The notes under the pieces: model-generated
What the model was told of the DNA's origin: nothing
Database searches by the model: none
What the model saw: the letters and a program-made list of their open reading frames with translations, nothing else
Source: Histomonas meleagridis 2922-C6/04-290x
Lineage: Eukaryota; Protista; Parabasalia
Reading direction: 5' to 3'
Assembly (NCBI GenBank): GCA_020184695.1
Contig: JAANOX010000082.1
Location: 62,001 to 126,000 of the forward strand
Length of the DNA stretch: 64,000 nucleotides
Part shown: piece by piece, positions 12,601 to 23,553 of the stretch
Position numbering within the stretch: position 1 is the stretch's first letter
How the letters are laid out: each line of letters starts with the position of its first letter
Made by a program: the position numbers and the translations under genes

Positions 12601-14620
12601 ATTCATATAATAAACCTAATGAATATAATGATTCATTATGATTTGATTTAATTGCAATATTATAATATTTAAATGCTTCTACATATTTATTATCTTTTTC
12701 ATATAATTTCGCTAAGATATATGAAGATTCTGCATCACCTTTATCAGCAGCATTAACAAAATATTTTAATGCTTCTTCAATATATTTATTATCATAATAA
12801 AATTTGCCCATTTCTAAACAAGCTTTAGCATTACCATTATCTGCAGCAATTTTTATATATTTTAATGATTCTTCATTATTTTTATCATTATTCTTCTTCT
12901 TAAGTAATGTTCCATATTCATAAGCTGCATCTGAATCACCTTTATCAGCAGTAATTTTAAGATATTTTTGATAATCATCATGAATTATACCTTGTAATAT
13001 CATTTGTTTATATTTAGATGAACAATTCGGTTCTCCGTTTATAGCTCCTAATTTATAATAATGAATTGATAATTCGATGTTCTTCTTTAATATTATTCCA
13101 TCTTTATAAAGATTACCTAATTCATATGCACTTAAGTAATCGCCATTTTTAAATCCTATTTTAAAATATTTGACGGCTTCAATATAATTCTTTTGTACTC
13201 CTTTTCCTTCATATAACATTTTTCCATATAACGTGGCCGATTTTCCATATGAATCATTTGCTGATTCTTTTAGAAATTTCGATGCTTTATCATAATTAAT
13301 ATTAACATAATTACCATAAAGATACATAGTGCCAATGATATATTTAGCTTCCGAATCTGTTTGACTATTTCCAATTTGATTAAATATTTCTTTGCTGTTC
13401 TTACTAACAACAATCTTTGCAAATTCTTTGGCAGATTCACGATTACCTTCTAAAGCAGAACTTTCAAAATATGTTCGCGCAAGTTCTGGATTTAGTTTAA
13501 CGCCAATTCCTTTTAGACAACGTTTCGCGATTTCATATTGTGCGCCTGGATGTCCCGATTTTGCTGCTCGCTTTAAATATCGAATCTTTTCATCTTCGAT
13601 ACGTTGCTGTACTTTATTATTACAGATTAAATCGGCAAGTCGAAACAATGATTTTTTATGATGACAATCAGCCGAGATACGATAATTTTGATATGCTTTT
13701 ATAAAGTTGATTTCAGTGCCAATTCCTTTTTCATAACATTTGCCTAATAAATATAAAATATGTGAATTGTTTTGATTGGATAATTCTTCACAAATATGAA
13801 ATGCTCCTGCAATATCTTTCTCAAGATACTTGCCTTTAATTTTCATCTTAGCTATTTCTAATTTGATTTTGATTGTAGAATCATCTGTAGTGGAATTAAT
13901 AAGTTTGGCGAGTTTACACAGTTTTCGGTTTGTATCGTTCTGCGAAATTGAAACTTTTGACTGTGCTTCTGAAAAATTGAGACGGGTTCTGAACATTTGA
14001 AAGAGTAGATTCGTTTGGAGGGATTGAGGCAAGTCTTTACAAGCAAAAACGAGACGTTCCATAAGATCTTGATCTAACTTATCAAGAGCTACAAGTTGGA
14101 GTAGTAATAATGATTGTTCACCGTATATGCTAATGGAATTTATTATCATTTCAATTAAATTGGTTTTTGGGATTTTAATATTAGATAAATATTTGTATAT
14201 TCTTTGTGGTGGGAGCTCACTAAAATTTGAACAAATTATAAAAGAATTTAAATTGCTTGAAATGTATTTATCGATTGATAAGGTTGGGAAATTCTTAGGG
14301 TAAAGGAGTCGAATTTGCTTAATGATCTTACTTTTTTCTAATTTTGATAGTTGATTAGTTGAAAATTCTGATAATTTTGGCATCTGAAAAAAATCACTTA
14401 TCATTAACATTTCAACAGCATTATCTTCAGAATAAGGATATCTTTGTGTTTCAATGAATGCAAGTAAGTTAAAAAAGCTTTCTTCTGAAAATTGGTCTTC
14501 CAAAGTTATTATTTGGTTAGAAGTTTCTTGCATCTTTGATGCAAAGTATTGGCTTTGGGATATGTCACCCTTTACTGTATGTTTGATTCCGTTATGAATG
14601 ATGATTATTCCATGGTCCAT
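9602..14620 (-). CDS. Large Sel1-like repeat protein with an N-terminal BTB/POZ-like region, 1672 aa
   Basis: Dozens of ~36-aa repeats such as ALYSLGLLYEYGKGIKQDINEAITLF. N-terminal SQYFASK...FSEESFFNLLAFI...NAVEMLMISDFFQMPKL resembles BTB. Confidence 0.9.
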   Translation of the reverse strand: MDHGIIIIHNGIKHTVKGDISQSQYFASKMQETSNQIITLEDQFSEESFFNLLAFIETQRYPYSEDNAVEMLMISDFFQMPKLSEFSTNQLSKLEKSKIIKQIRLLYPKNFPTLSIDKYISSNLNSFIICSNFSELPPQRIYKYLSNIKIPKTNLIEMIINSISIYGEQSLLLLQLVALDKLDQDLMERLVFACKDLPQSLQTNLLFQMFRTRLNFSEAQSKVSISQNDTNRKLCKLAKLINSTTDDSTIKIKLEIAKMKIKGKYLEKDIAGAFHICEELSNQNNSHILYLLGKCYEKGIGTEINFIKAYQNYRISADCHHKKSLFRLADLICNNKVQQRIEDEKIRYLKRAAKSGHPGAQYEIAKRCLKGIGVKLNPELARTYFESSALEGNRESAKEFAKIVVSKNSKEIFNQIGNSQTDSEAKYIIGTMYLYGNYVNINYDKASKFLKESANDSYGKSATLYGKMLYEGKGVQKNYIEAVKYFKIGFKNGDYLSAYELGNLYKDGIILKKNIELSIHYYKLGAINGEPNCSSKYKQMILQGIIHDDYQKYLKITADKGDSDAAYEYGTLLKKKNNDKNNEESLKYIKIAADNGNAKACLEMGKFYYDNKYIEEALKYFVNAADKGDAESSYILAKLYEKDNKYVEAFKYYNIAIKSNHNESLYSLGLLYEYGKGIKQDINEAITLFNESIKYGNINALVHLGKIYEEGKFIEKNEEKALKLYQLAAEKNQPQAIYEIGRIIYEGKLLPKDIKKALTQFIFASTNGIIEANYMIGKIYEIENNESLAIKYYWEGATKGNAKCSYALGKMYLKGKGVEKSIDISLKYFNNSLIQGYIHSGYAMGKIYYEQLNYNEAIKYFKLSADKGDSKSQLFYGKLLYEGDKLPKDKNDALYYLKLSERNGNENASLILGKIYENDNNMKEAFNIYKSLADKDIPEACYEAGKILFYGTGIPKDEINGIKYLEKSANSGFKEAKYLLGTIYQEGSNVVKKDSHKAIELLKSIPLTNSNAIYELAKANESIGNIDESKKYYKEAADKGHPQSSYEYGNYIYQTDKELGIKYLEFAANSSIKESCLFLAKLMSNKQYEPNNEELKQKILNISADNGDPYSCNIIGIHYYNKHDDLAAIKYLKVASDAYIGESSYYLALMMEEGRGNIELNSTKLFDLYLRAYESGITDATYHLGNLLENGIGIAQNLTLALQYYKEAADKNNEKAATRYGIMLYLGKGIEKNDDEAIKYLKISADNNNESANLLAELLDNKNEKEESEKYYKIAADLGNINSTYKYGLILKNKGNLDEALKYFEKASEKGNYNAMYEIGLILENSNPTTAGKYYRKAIEGSISEAAYRLGMLVFEGRGYPHNDTEAAQYFQIGSRLGNAQCLCMLGYQCETGKGVFRDNSEALKLYKASLSKGNIDAAYRIGLMLETGKSSNSLSLLDDNKAIKDAFEYYKIAADKGHPKAAFKLKQMLEQGKGCEKVLNLANQYLKIAADYHEMNAAFILAEMYEYGRNIPQNFELAAKYYKISADAGYSKAAYIYGRWLQIGKGVEKNDNEAIKYLYNAAKDGYIDAVYCLGCMLLDGNSSLQKNIPEALRYFEIAASKGHIESAFIAGYLYENGNEIPVNEVKAAMFYKMAADKNHKKAALQLSNMYKTGKGVPLDEDLALKYYKTSQ

Positions 14621-15007
14621 TGTTGTGCAGAAAGCGTTTTAAATAAACGACAGGGAATTTGTCAGTTTTATGCAAACAATTTTGAATGTATCATGAAATT
14701 TTCTAATAAAGGTCGAGTGAACATCATTGAAAACTTGACCGGTGTCAGTACAACGTTGTACATTGTCAACACAGACGTTAATTTTTAAATTCAGTTGTAC
14801 GGTTTTTCTGAAATTTCCTTAAAATGGTCCATTTGAAATTCGTTTTTGAATATGAATACGATGGTTTTTCATTCATTCTCCTTATCGTTGAGAAGTATTT
14901 CTGAAGTTCTTTTCACAATTTTGTATCAAGTGTTTAAGCAATAACAAAACCAAATTTTATCAATACAACAAAATATATCCTTATAAAATTCCAAAATTTA
15001 AAATTTT

Positions 15008-16312
15008 TTATGAAAAATTCAATTTCTTCCTCCTTCCTCTACCAGCTTTTTTAGGCACTTCATTCTCCTCAGGTATCCAATTTACAACTTCAGGAAGATT
15101 CTTAAACTTTTGACTATTAGATAACAACTTATACAACGTCATTTTCTTGGACGGAACCATCATATTCAAATCTGCACCATGTTGAATTAACCATTGAACT
15201 AACTGCACCGGTTTCATAATTGAATTTTCAATGGAGGCGATCAACGGATCACCTGAGGTTTTTGTATTGATGTCAAAACCGTATTTCATTAACAATTCCA
15301 TGATCTTGATGAATTCATCCGTGCTGACGATGTCGATCATATAAAAGGGACCTAGCCTACCGTTCTCATCCTCTCTGTTGACATTTATGCCTTTTTCTAA
15401 TACAACTTTCATGACTTCAATGTTATGTAAGATGCACAAATAATGGATCGCACTCTTTCCTAAATAATCGGTCTCAAATTTACGTGTGCATTGCGCTAAT
15501 AGCATTGCAACATCAACTTGGTCAGATTCACATGCAATATAAAACGCACATTTATTGTTTCGAAATTCATTTGGATTTTCCCCACTTTCTAAAAGGAGTT
15601 TGATACATTGAGTGCCAGAATATGAGTTGAAGGCTGCAATCATTAATGGCGTCTTTTCTGATGTTTGACTTTCACTATTTAATAATAATAATTTAAGGAC
15701 ACGAATGTTTTGTTTTTGAATTGCCAATTGTATTACGTTTTCTCGTCCAAGTTTAGCTCCATAATAAAATAATAATTCTAAAATTTCGGGCGCTTTTGAT
15801 ACAACTGCGCATTTAATCAATGATAATTGGTTTCGAGGAGGATCTTTTGCTTGGCTTGGATCTTTTGAGACAATGTAAGCAAACACTTCAAGTGAATTAT
15901 TAATTGCTGCATAATATATCGGAGTAAATGATTCAGCACTTTGAGTTGTAATGGAAAGACCAATAGCGTTTTCGCAATAAAGGAAGATTTCTAAACAATT
16001 AGCTAATGCTGCTATGTGAATTAATGAAAGATTATCCATTTTGATCATGGATGAAATACTTTCATCTACATAATGACTTGTGGATGTGGAAAATATATCG
16101 CTTGAGCGTTTAGTACTATGAATTAGAAAATAAAATTACTTTAATGCATATATAGATGATTTTAATTCATTTGGATTTTTTGAGCAATAATCCAAAAACT
16201 TATTAATCTGGTGGTTCATAATAAATTCTCCAACTTCGTAATTTTGTTTTGCCATTTGGTTATAGCGTCCCATATGATTGTAGCCTCCATAGCCAGAGTT
16301 CCAATTCATCAT
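15008..16312 (-). CDS. Ankyrin repeat protein with one 24-nt intron
   Basis: Ankyrin motifs TPIYYAAINN and KTPLMIAAFN. Removing 16116-16139 joins the upstream ORF (MMNWNSGYGG...SSIYAL) in frame to ORF 15008-16048. Inr-like TCAATT just before the ATG at 16312. Confidence 0.8.
16116..16139 (-). other. Short canonical spliceosomal intron (24 nt)
   Basis: GTAATTTTATTTTCTAATTCATAG: GT..AG with a CTAAT branch motif close to the 3' end. Contains the in-frame stop; removal restores the frame. Confidence 0.8.
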
Positions 16313-16569
16313 TAAAATTGACAAACTATGTTTAATTTTAAGGCTGACATGAAATAAACGGTCTACCTCATCTGCACAAAAATCGAACCAGCTGGTGGAT
16401 AGAATATTTTGTTCATAAATAGAGAACCAAAAATTCTTAAACTCCTAAATGATCTATGATTTTTTCAATAATTTTATGATTAAAGTCAAATTAAAATTTT
16501 AATTTGCAAATAATTTTCCCCTTGTATTTACAATATAGAGTTCATTAAGAGTTGATCTAAATACGTTAG

Positions 16570-17480
16570 AAAGATAGTATTAATATTAATGAAAAAAACG
16601 AACGAGGTGAAAAGGAAATGCCATCACTTATTATAGCAGTTGAACAAGGAAATATTGAAATAGTAAAATTGCTTCTAAAACAAAAAGGTATCGATGTTAA
16701 TCGGACAATTTCTTTTGAAATCCGTTCAGGTTCTAAAACAGCACATGCAATCGCTGTTGAAAAAAATAATATTAAATTGGTTAAATTACTTCTTGAACAA
16801 AATGTAATTGATATTAATGTAAGGTACAACAAAGAATATAGTGATAAAGAACCAAGTAATAGTACACCACTTTTATGATTTGGGCGTGATGAAATCACTA
16901 AGTTGCTTCTGCAACAAGAAGGAATTGATGTAAATGCCTCAGTTAGTTGGTATAGTGGATATCATGATATTCGTCATCTTAACTGGACTCCACTTATGTT
17001 TGCAATTGATAATAATTCACATGAAATTATAAATATGATAAATATTGACACCATTATATTGTGTATATAAAAAATGTTGTTGAATTACTCCTTGAACAAG
17101 AAAAGATTGATGCAAATATAAAATATATAAAAAAAATCTGAAGTAATGAAAATTAATTTTGTGAAAAGAAATCAGAAAAGTCAATGCTTCATGTTGCTGT
17201 TGAGAACAGTTACATAGAAATTCTTAAACTACTTCTAAAACATAAAGAAATCGATGCAAATGCTACAGCAGAAAAAAAAGTAAAACAAGGAATTTATGGC
17301 TATTTATCAGATAAAAACAATTGTTGATGGAGAGCAGAATGCCTTGATTTTGATTCAGATGTCGGTGTAAAAAAAATATGATATCTCTTCATATTGGTGA
17401 TGCAAAAATTGTTAAATTTATTCTTAAGCATGAAGAAATCGATTTCATGTAAATATAGAATATAAAGAAACATATATCTC
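16570..17480 (+). pseudogene. Degraded ankyrin repeat gene
   Basis: Fragments in different frames: PSLIIAVEQGNIEIVKLLLKQKGIDVN, WTPLMFAIDNNSHEII, SMLHVAVENSYIEILKLLLKHKEIDAN. Multiple stops and indels. Confidence 0.7.
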
Positions 17481-18741
17481 ACCATTTTCTTTTTTGTTTG
17501 AGGAATTTGGTCCTTTGAGATTTATCAAAGACTGTTTTAGTTTCCTGTAATTAAATTTTGGAAAAAAATGAAAAAGAAGAGGTGCTTCAACTCGAAATCC
17601 TCAATAGTTTTTCGTTGAAAATCAAAATGTATGGGCAACTTCGGGTATTGAGTTTAAAGATAAATTTTTGGGCAATTTCAACTGCTGAATTTTGAGATCT
17701 GATCAATTTTTCTCTTTTTCCTAAAATTTTCAAAAATCCTTTGGAATAATAAAACCCTTCAAGGTCTCCAATGTAAATTTAAACATCAAAAATTTTTTTC
17801 TTTGTTGTTATTTAATATTTGCAGCACTTTTTCGATAATAAAATATTTTTATTTTCATTTTTCAATAAAATTTATGAATATAATTCATCAAGCAACGATT
17901 CTAAGTTGTGTCAAAAATAAATATCTAAAATAATAAACCAGGTTGCCACGTTATATAATTTTTTACATCAATTTTTGAAAAAATAGGAGAAAAAAAATTA
18001 AAAATTTGAATGAATTTTTTTCCCCCGATGAATTTCAGGTTCTCAAATTAATACAATGAAATTCATAATAAAAAAATCATGAAAAATAAATTTTTCAAAA
18101 AAATCGATTAAAAAATATATTTCATGAGTTTATAAAATTTTATGATTTAAAATATAAATTATTGTATAATTCATGGAATGCTTACATATGAAATGAAAAA
18201 AAAATAAAAAAATAATCTGTTTTGGAGTTGACATGTTTTGGAGTTGACACCACCTCTGAAAAAGATTATCTTGTAAATCATTGAATATCTGAACGGATTG
18301 ATTCATATTGAATTAATTTAAAAAAATACATAAATATATTTGCAAATACTAATTTTACGCCAATATACACATATTAAATATATTTCATTCATTATGTCCT
18401 ACATTATATCATTATTATGATGAATTTTATCAGAGAATACTAAACTGACCGCTATTCATTCAAAAATAATTGGCAACCATGCTGTAAATTTCTCTAAAGA
18501 TTTTTAATTGAATATTTGTTTATTATTTAATGATATGCATTTTATAATTCATTTAGTTTAAATTTTTATTTTTCCATATACAGCTTTTTTCATATGTCAA
18601 TTTTGCAAAATAAACAAATCAAAAAGTAAATAATAGAAAATTGGCCCCAAACTCCATTTTTGATTCAAATTTTGGCATAACGATTATGAATAAACGGTTG
18701 TCATCTGGCAGAAGATTAATAATCTTAACACAGCATAGAAA

Positions 18742-21700
18742 ATGCCTGATGATGGAGTTGCAATGACAGATGATAAAAATTTCGACGACCCAGTCTTGAG
18801 TAAACTCGAAAAACTTATATTCAATTTAACCGAAGAAAATTTTCAGGCAACTACTCAAGACACAATGAAAATATTCGATTCAAATCTTCCCAATACATGT
18901 AATATTATTACATGTAAATTAGTTTATAATGCATTTTCATCACAAAGAAATACATGTGATATATACTTAAATTTTTTAAAAACACTTCAAAAAAAATATG
19001 ATGAAATTAATCAAAATATCGGCAAATTAATATCGATTTTTATTAAGTATATATCTAAAATCAAAACACAAGAATCTTATTATATGATAGCACGAATGAT
19101 TGAACAAAATTTAATTGATGCAAACATCACGAAAAACATCAAATCAATATATTTTGCAAATTATAAGACAGAAAAAGAAATTAAAGACAAACATTATAAC
19201 GATCCATTTAAAGATGCTTTTTTAAAAAATTATGAAGAACTATCAAAGAACAATTGGGAGCTTCATAAGCAATTGATTAAAGAGGGCCATAATCCAAATG
19301 ATATTTCAAAAATAATTCGGAATGATGAAATAGAAAAACTTCAAGAAATATCATCACAAACAAAATTTGATTTTAATCAAACAATTGAACCATCGCTTTA
19401 TGAAAGATGTACATTTATAAATAAAGAAAATGTTACATTAATTGATTATGCAGCATTTTTTTCTGCAGTTAAATGTTTTAAATATTTACTTATGAATAAT
19501 GCAAAAGTAATTAGCACAGGTAAATATGCAGTTGCAGGTGGAAATGAAGAAATCATTCATTTATGTGAGCAAAATCATTCAACATTTGAAGGTGCATGTG
19601 AAGCTGCAATTATGTTTCATCAAAATGATATCTTTAAATATATTTATGAGAATAAATTAGAAAAAACACAATCAATATCGAAAATGTTTGAAGATAAAAA
19701 TAATGATTTGGTAAGTTTTTGTATTAAAAAAGATAATTATGAAATTTTATCATTTTTGATAGAAGAAGGAATTAAAGTTAATAATAATATTATAAATGAA
19801 GCAGCAAGAAATGGAAATTTATGTCTCGTTAAATATTTTCTTCAAAATAAGCAAATTCCAAAAGATATTTTGTTTTTTGCTTCAGAAACAGATAATATTG
19901 AACTTGTGAAATATATTTTAGATAAAGAAGGAATTAATGTTAATGCAAAAAGAATTTTTTTAAATAATTTGAAATATGTTTTAATAATTTGGAATATGTT
20001 TTAATAATTTATAATATGTTTTAATAATTTGAAACAGCACTTCATATAGCAGTTAAAAATAATAATATAGAAATAGTAAAATTACTTTTAGATAAAGGAA
20101 TTGATGTTAATGCAAAAAGAATTTAATTTAATAATTTATAATATGTTCTAATAATTTGATATTTGTGTTAATAATTTAGAATATGTTATAATAATTTAGA
20201 ATATGTTTTAATAATTTGTAATATGTTTTAATAATTTGTAATATGTTTTAATAATTTTATATATGTTTTAATAATTTGAAATATGTTTTAATAATTTTAT
20301 ATATGTTTTAATAATTTGGAATATGTTTTAATAATTTGGAATATGTTTTAATAATTTGGAATATGTTTTAATAATTTGTAATATGTTTTAATAATTTTGG
20401 ATTTATTTTAATAATTTGAAATATGTTTTAATAATTTAGAATATATTTTAATAATTTGTAATATGTTTTAATAATTTGAAACAGCACTTCATATAGCAGT
20501 TAAAAACAATAATATAGGAATAGTAAAATTACTTTTAGATAAAGGAATTGATGTTAATGTAAAAAGAATTTAATTTAATAATTTATAATATGTTCTAATA
20601 ATTTGATATTTGTTTTAATAATTTAGAATATGTTATAATAATTTAGAATATGTTATAATAATTTATAATATGTTTTAATAATTTGATATTTGTTTTAATA
20701 ATTTGAAATATGTTTTAATAATTTTATATATGTTTTAATAATTTGGAATATGTTTTAATAATTTGAAATATGTTTTAATAATTTTATATATGTTTTAATA
20801 ATTTGGAATATGTTTTAATAATTTTATATATGTTTTAATAATTTGAAATATGTTTTAATAATTTTATATATGTTTTAATAATTTGGAATATGTTTTAATA
20901 ATTTTATATATGTTTTAATAATTTGAAATATGTTTTAATAATTTAGAATATATTTTAATAATTTGTAATATGTTTTAATAATTTGAAATATGTTTTAATA
21001 ATTTAGAATATGTTTTAATAATTTGAAACAGCACTTCATATAGCAGTTAAAAATAATAATATAGAAATAGTAAAATTACTTTTAGATAAAGAAGGAATTG
21101 ATGTTAATGCAAAAAATATTCATTTGAATAATTTTATATATGTTTTAATAATTTGGAATATGTTTTAATAATTTGGAATATGTTTTAATAATTTGAAACA
21201 GCACTTCATATAGCAGTTAAAAATAATAATATAGAAATAATAAAATTACTTTTAGATAAAGGAATTGATGTTAATGCAAAATATATTCATTTTAATAATT
21301 TGGAATATGTTTGAATAATTTTATATATGTTTTAATAGTTTGATATATGTTTTAATAATTTGAAACAGCACTTCATATAGCAGTTAAAAATAATAATATA
21401 GGAATAGTAAAATTACTTTTAGATAAAGGAATTGATGTTAATGTAAAAAGAATTTAATTTAATAATTCGGAATTCATTAGTATAAATTAGAATATGTTTT
21501 AATAATTTATAATATGTTTCAATAATTTGAAATATGTTTTAATAATTTTATATATGTTTTAATAATTTGAAATATGTTTCAATAATTTGGAGTATGTTTC
21601 AATAATTTAGAATTTGCTTTAATAATTTTTAATACGTTTTAATAATTTGAAACAGCACTTCATATAGCAGTTAGAAATAATAATATAGAAATAGTAAAAT

Positions 21701-22408
21701 TACTTTTAGATAAAGAAGGAATTGATGTTAATGCAAAAACTTTTTATTTTAATGATTTGGTATATGTTTTAATAATTTGTAATATGTTTTAATAGTTTGA
21801 TACATGTTTTAATAATTTTGGATTTATTTTAATAATTTAGAATATGTTTTAATAATTTGGAATTTGTTTTAATAATTTCAAACAGCACTTCATATAGCTA
21901 TTGAAAATGATAATATAGAAATAGTAAAATTGCTTTTAGAGCAAGAAGGAATTGATCTGGATGCAAAAAAAAATTCTTTTAATAACTTATAATTTGTTTT
22001 AATAAATTGGAATTTATTTTAATAATTTTATATTTATTTTAAAAATTTAAAGTTAATTTTAATAATTTTGTGTTTGTTTTCACAACTTTGTATTTATTTT
22101 AACAAATTTATACAGCAATTCAAATCGCACAACAAAAAGGCTATGTCAGAATCGAAAATTTACTTCGTGAAAAAGGTGTAAAAGAAAATTCTAATTCAGA
22201 ACATTCTCCTACGAATTCCACTTCTTGGCTTTCGATAAGTAATGAAAATGAATCATTTTTTACAGATTACCAAGATCAATTCGAATTTCAAGTGCATGAA
22301 AAAGACAATAAAAAGGAAAATATTAAAACAAAAGTTGATATAAGCACTCAAACTCCTGAAAACCATCAAAGTCACAAAATGCATTATAATATTTTACTAT
22401 TGAAGTAA
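18742..22408 (+). CDS. Parabasalid DUF3447-type ankyrin protein; C-terminal repeats split by eight non-GT-AG inserts
   Basis: ORF 18742-~19956, then seven stop-free ankyrin segments (e.g. FETALHIAVKNNNIEIVKLLLDKGIDVNAKRI) starting at 20028, 20475, 21022, 21192, 21359, 21646 and 21876, and an open terminal segment 22106-22408 (IYTAIQIAQQKGY...LLLK*). The joined gene model is an inference. Confidence 0.65.
19957..22105 (+). repeat. Eight blocks of a 20-nt AT-rich minisatellite (consensus about TGTTTTAATAATTTRRAATA) between ankyrin segments
   Basis: Blocks 19957-20027, 20124-20474, 20571-21021, 21121-21191, 21288-21358, 21455-21645, 21745-21875 and 21975-22105 measure 71, 351, 451, 71, 71, 191, 131 and 131 nt. 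Confidence 0.95.
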
Positions 22409-23553
22409 TATCTTTATATAACCAATCGAAATGTAAAAATAATCTTATAAAGTGACTTATAAAATATAACAACCAAAATTATTCATTAAAAAGTGAACCT
22501 GTATACTTTTTTTTTTAATGTCAGTGCTGTAATTATATTCAACATCTACAAGCGTTTAATGGGGGTTTCTTCTTTATTTGATTAGGAAGATCTTCCTTCC
22601 AATCACCGATTTCATCATGGTTTTAAGAGAGTTAAATGCAATAACATATAATTCTTTTAAAGCATTAGAAAACGAAGTACAATTTCTGGTTAAATTCAAT
22701 AATAAACCCATTTTTATTTGTTATATTGATATCATCCAAAATTTTTATTCTCTTTGTCTTTTGGGTCATAATTTATTATTTATTGATTAATTATCTTATT
22801 TTACATCACAATCATTTGGTGAATCCATTAAATAGTTTCGAATCATTTGGTATTTCTTATAAGAAAATGGAAAATTGTTCAAATTATTTACTGTTAGAAA
22901 TCAATTAGAGATGTGAAAGTAAGGGAGCCATCACTCTTTGGAAATATGCGTAAGTGAATGTTTCGTTTTTGTGCAAAACATTTTGTTGTTCGTTGTTATC
23001 TATGTAAACACTTCATCAAACTCATTTTTTATTCATTAAACTCGCTCCAATCAATGTCCTTCAAATTTTCTTGATGCCTTTCTGAATCTCTCTGTTACTT
23101 TGGGTTGCTTAAATGTCATTGAAGGCAAATATATTTGTAACAATTGACATTTCATTGTTTTTCCTTGCTTATTACTTTAGGCAGTTTCGTTAGCTCTTCC
23201 TACATTTTTGAATGGCTTTCTTCAATTTGTTTGGTGTCAGCAAAAATGGATGAGATCTATACCCACAATAATTGCCCATTTTATTTTGTTAATAAACTGG
23301 GAAATAGTTTAGTTATTTCCTTGCCTTTATTTATATATTTTAATGAGAAGATGATGAGTTACATATTGAAAACTTTTGTTTGCGTTTTGATTCATCACCA
23401 CTATAAGTATAATCCAAAGTTTGTGTTATAACCACAAAAACACAACTTCAATGATGTTTCGACTTGTTTATTATGTTGTTTCCAGTGATTTTTTAGCTCA
23501 TGTTTCTGATGAAAATAATCGGTTTTGTCCGTTAATCATAAACGTTCTCCTAG

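Noticed and set aside
18220-18250. Direct repeat TTTTGGAGTTGACA x2
   Set aside because: Two short copies only; no supporting context.
19957-22105. CRISPR-like repeat-spacer array
   Set aside because: The constant blocks are ~90-nt ankyrin-coding segments and the spacers are one minisatellite of variable copy number; no cas genes; eukaryotic context.
19957-22105. Canonical GT-AG or AT-AC splicing of the ankyrin inserts
   Set aside because: GTTTTA..ACAG looks like a 20-nt intron, but using those GTs gives a wrong frame or they lie after an in-frame stop. AT..AC is also out of phase, and the 28.9-kb case has ACAC rather than ACAG.
22500-23450. Coding-like remnant on the minus strand
   Set aside because: Fragmented with stops; no family could be assigned.
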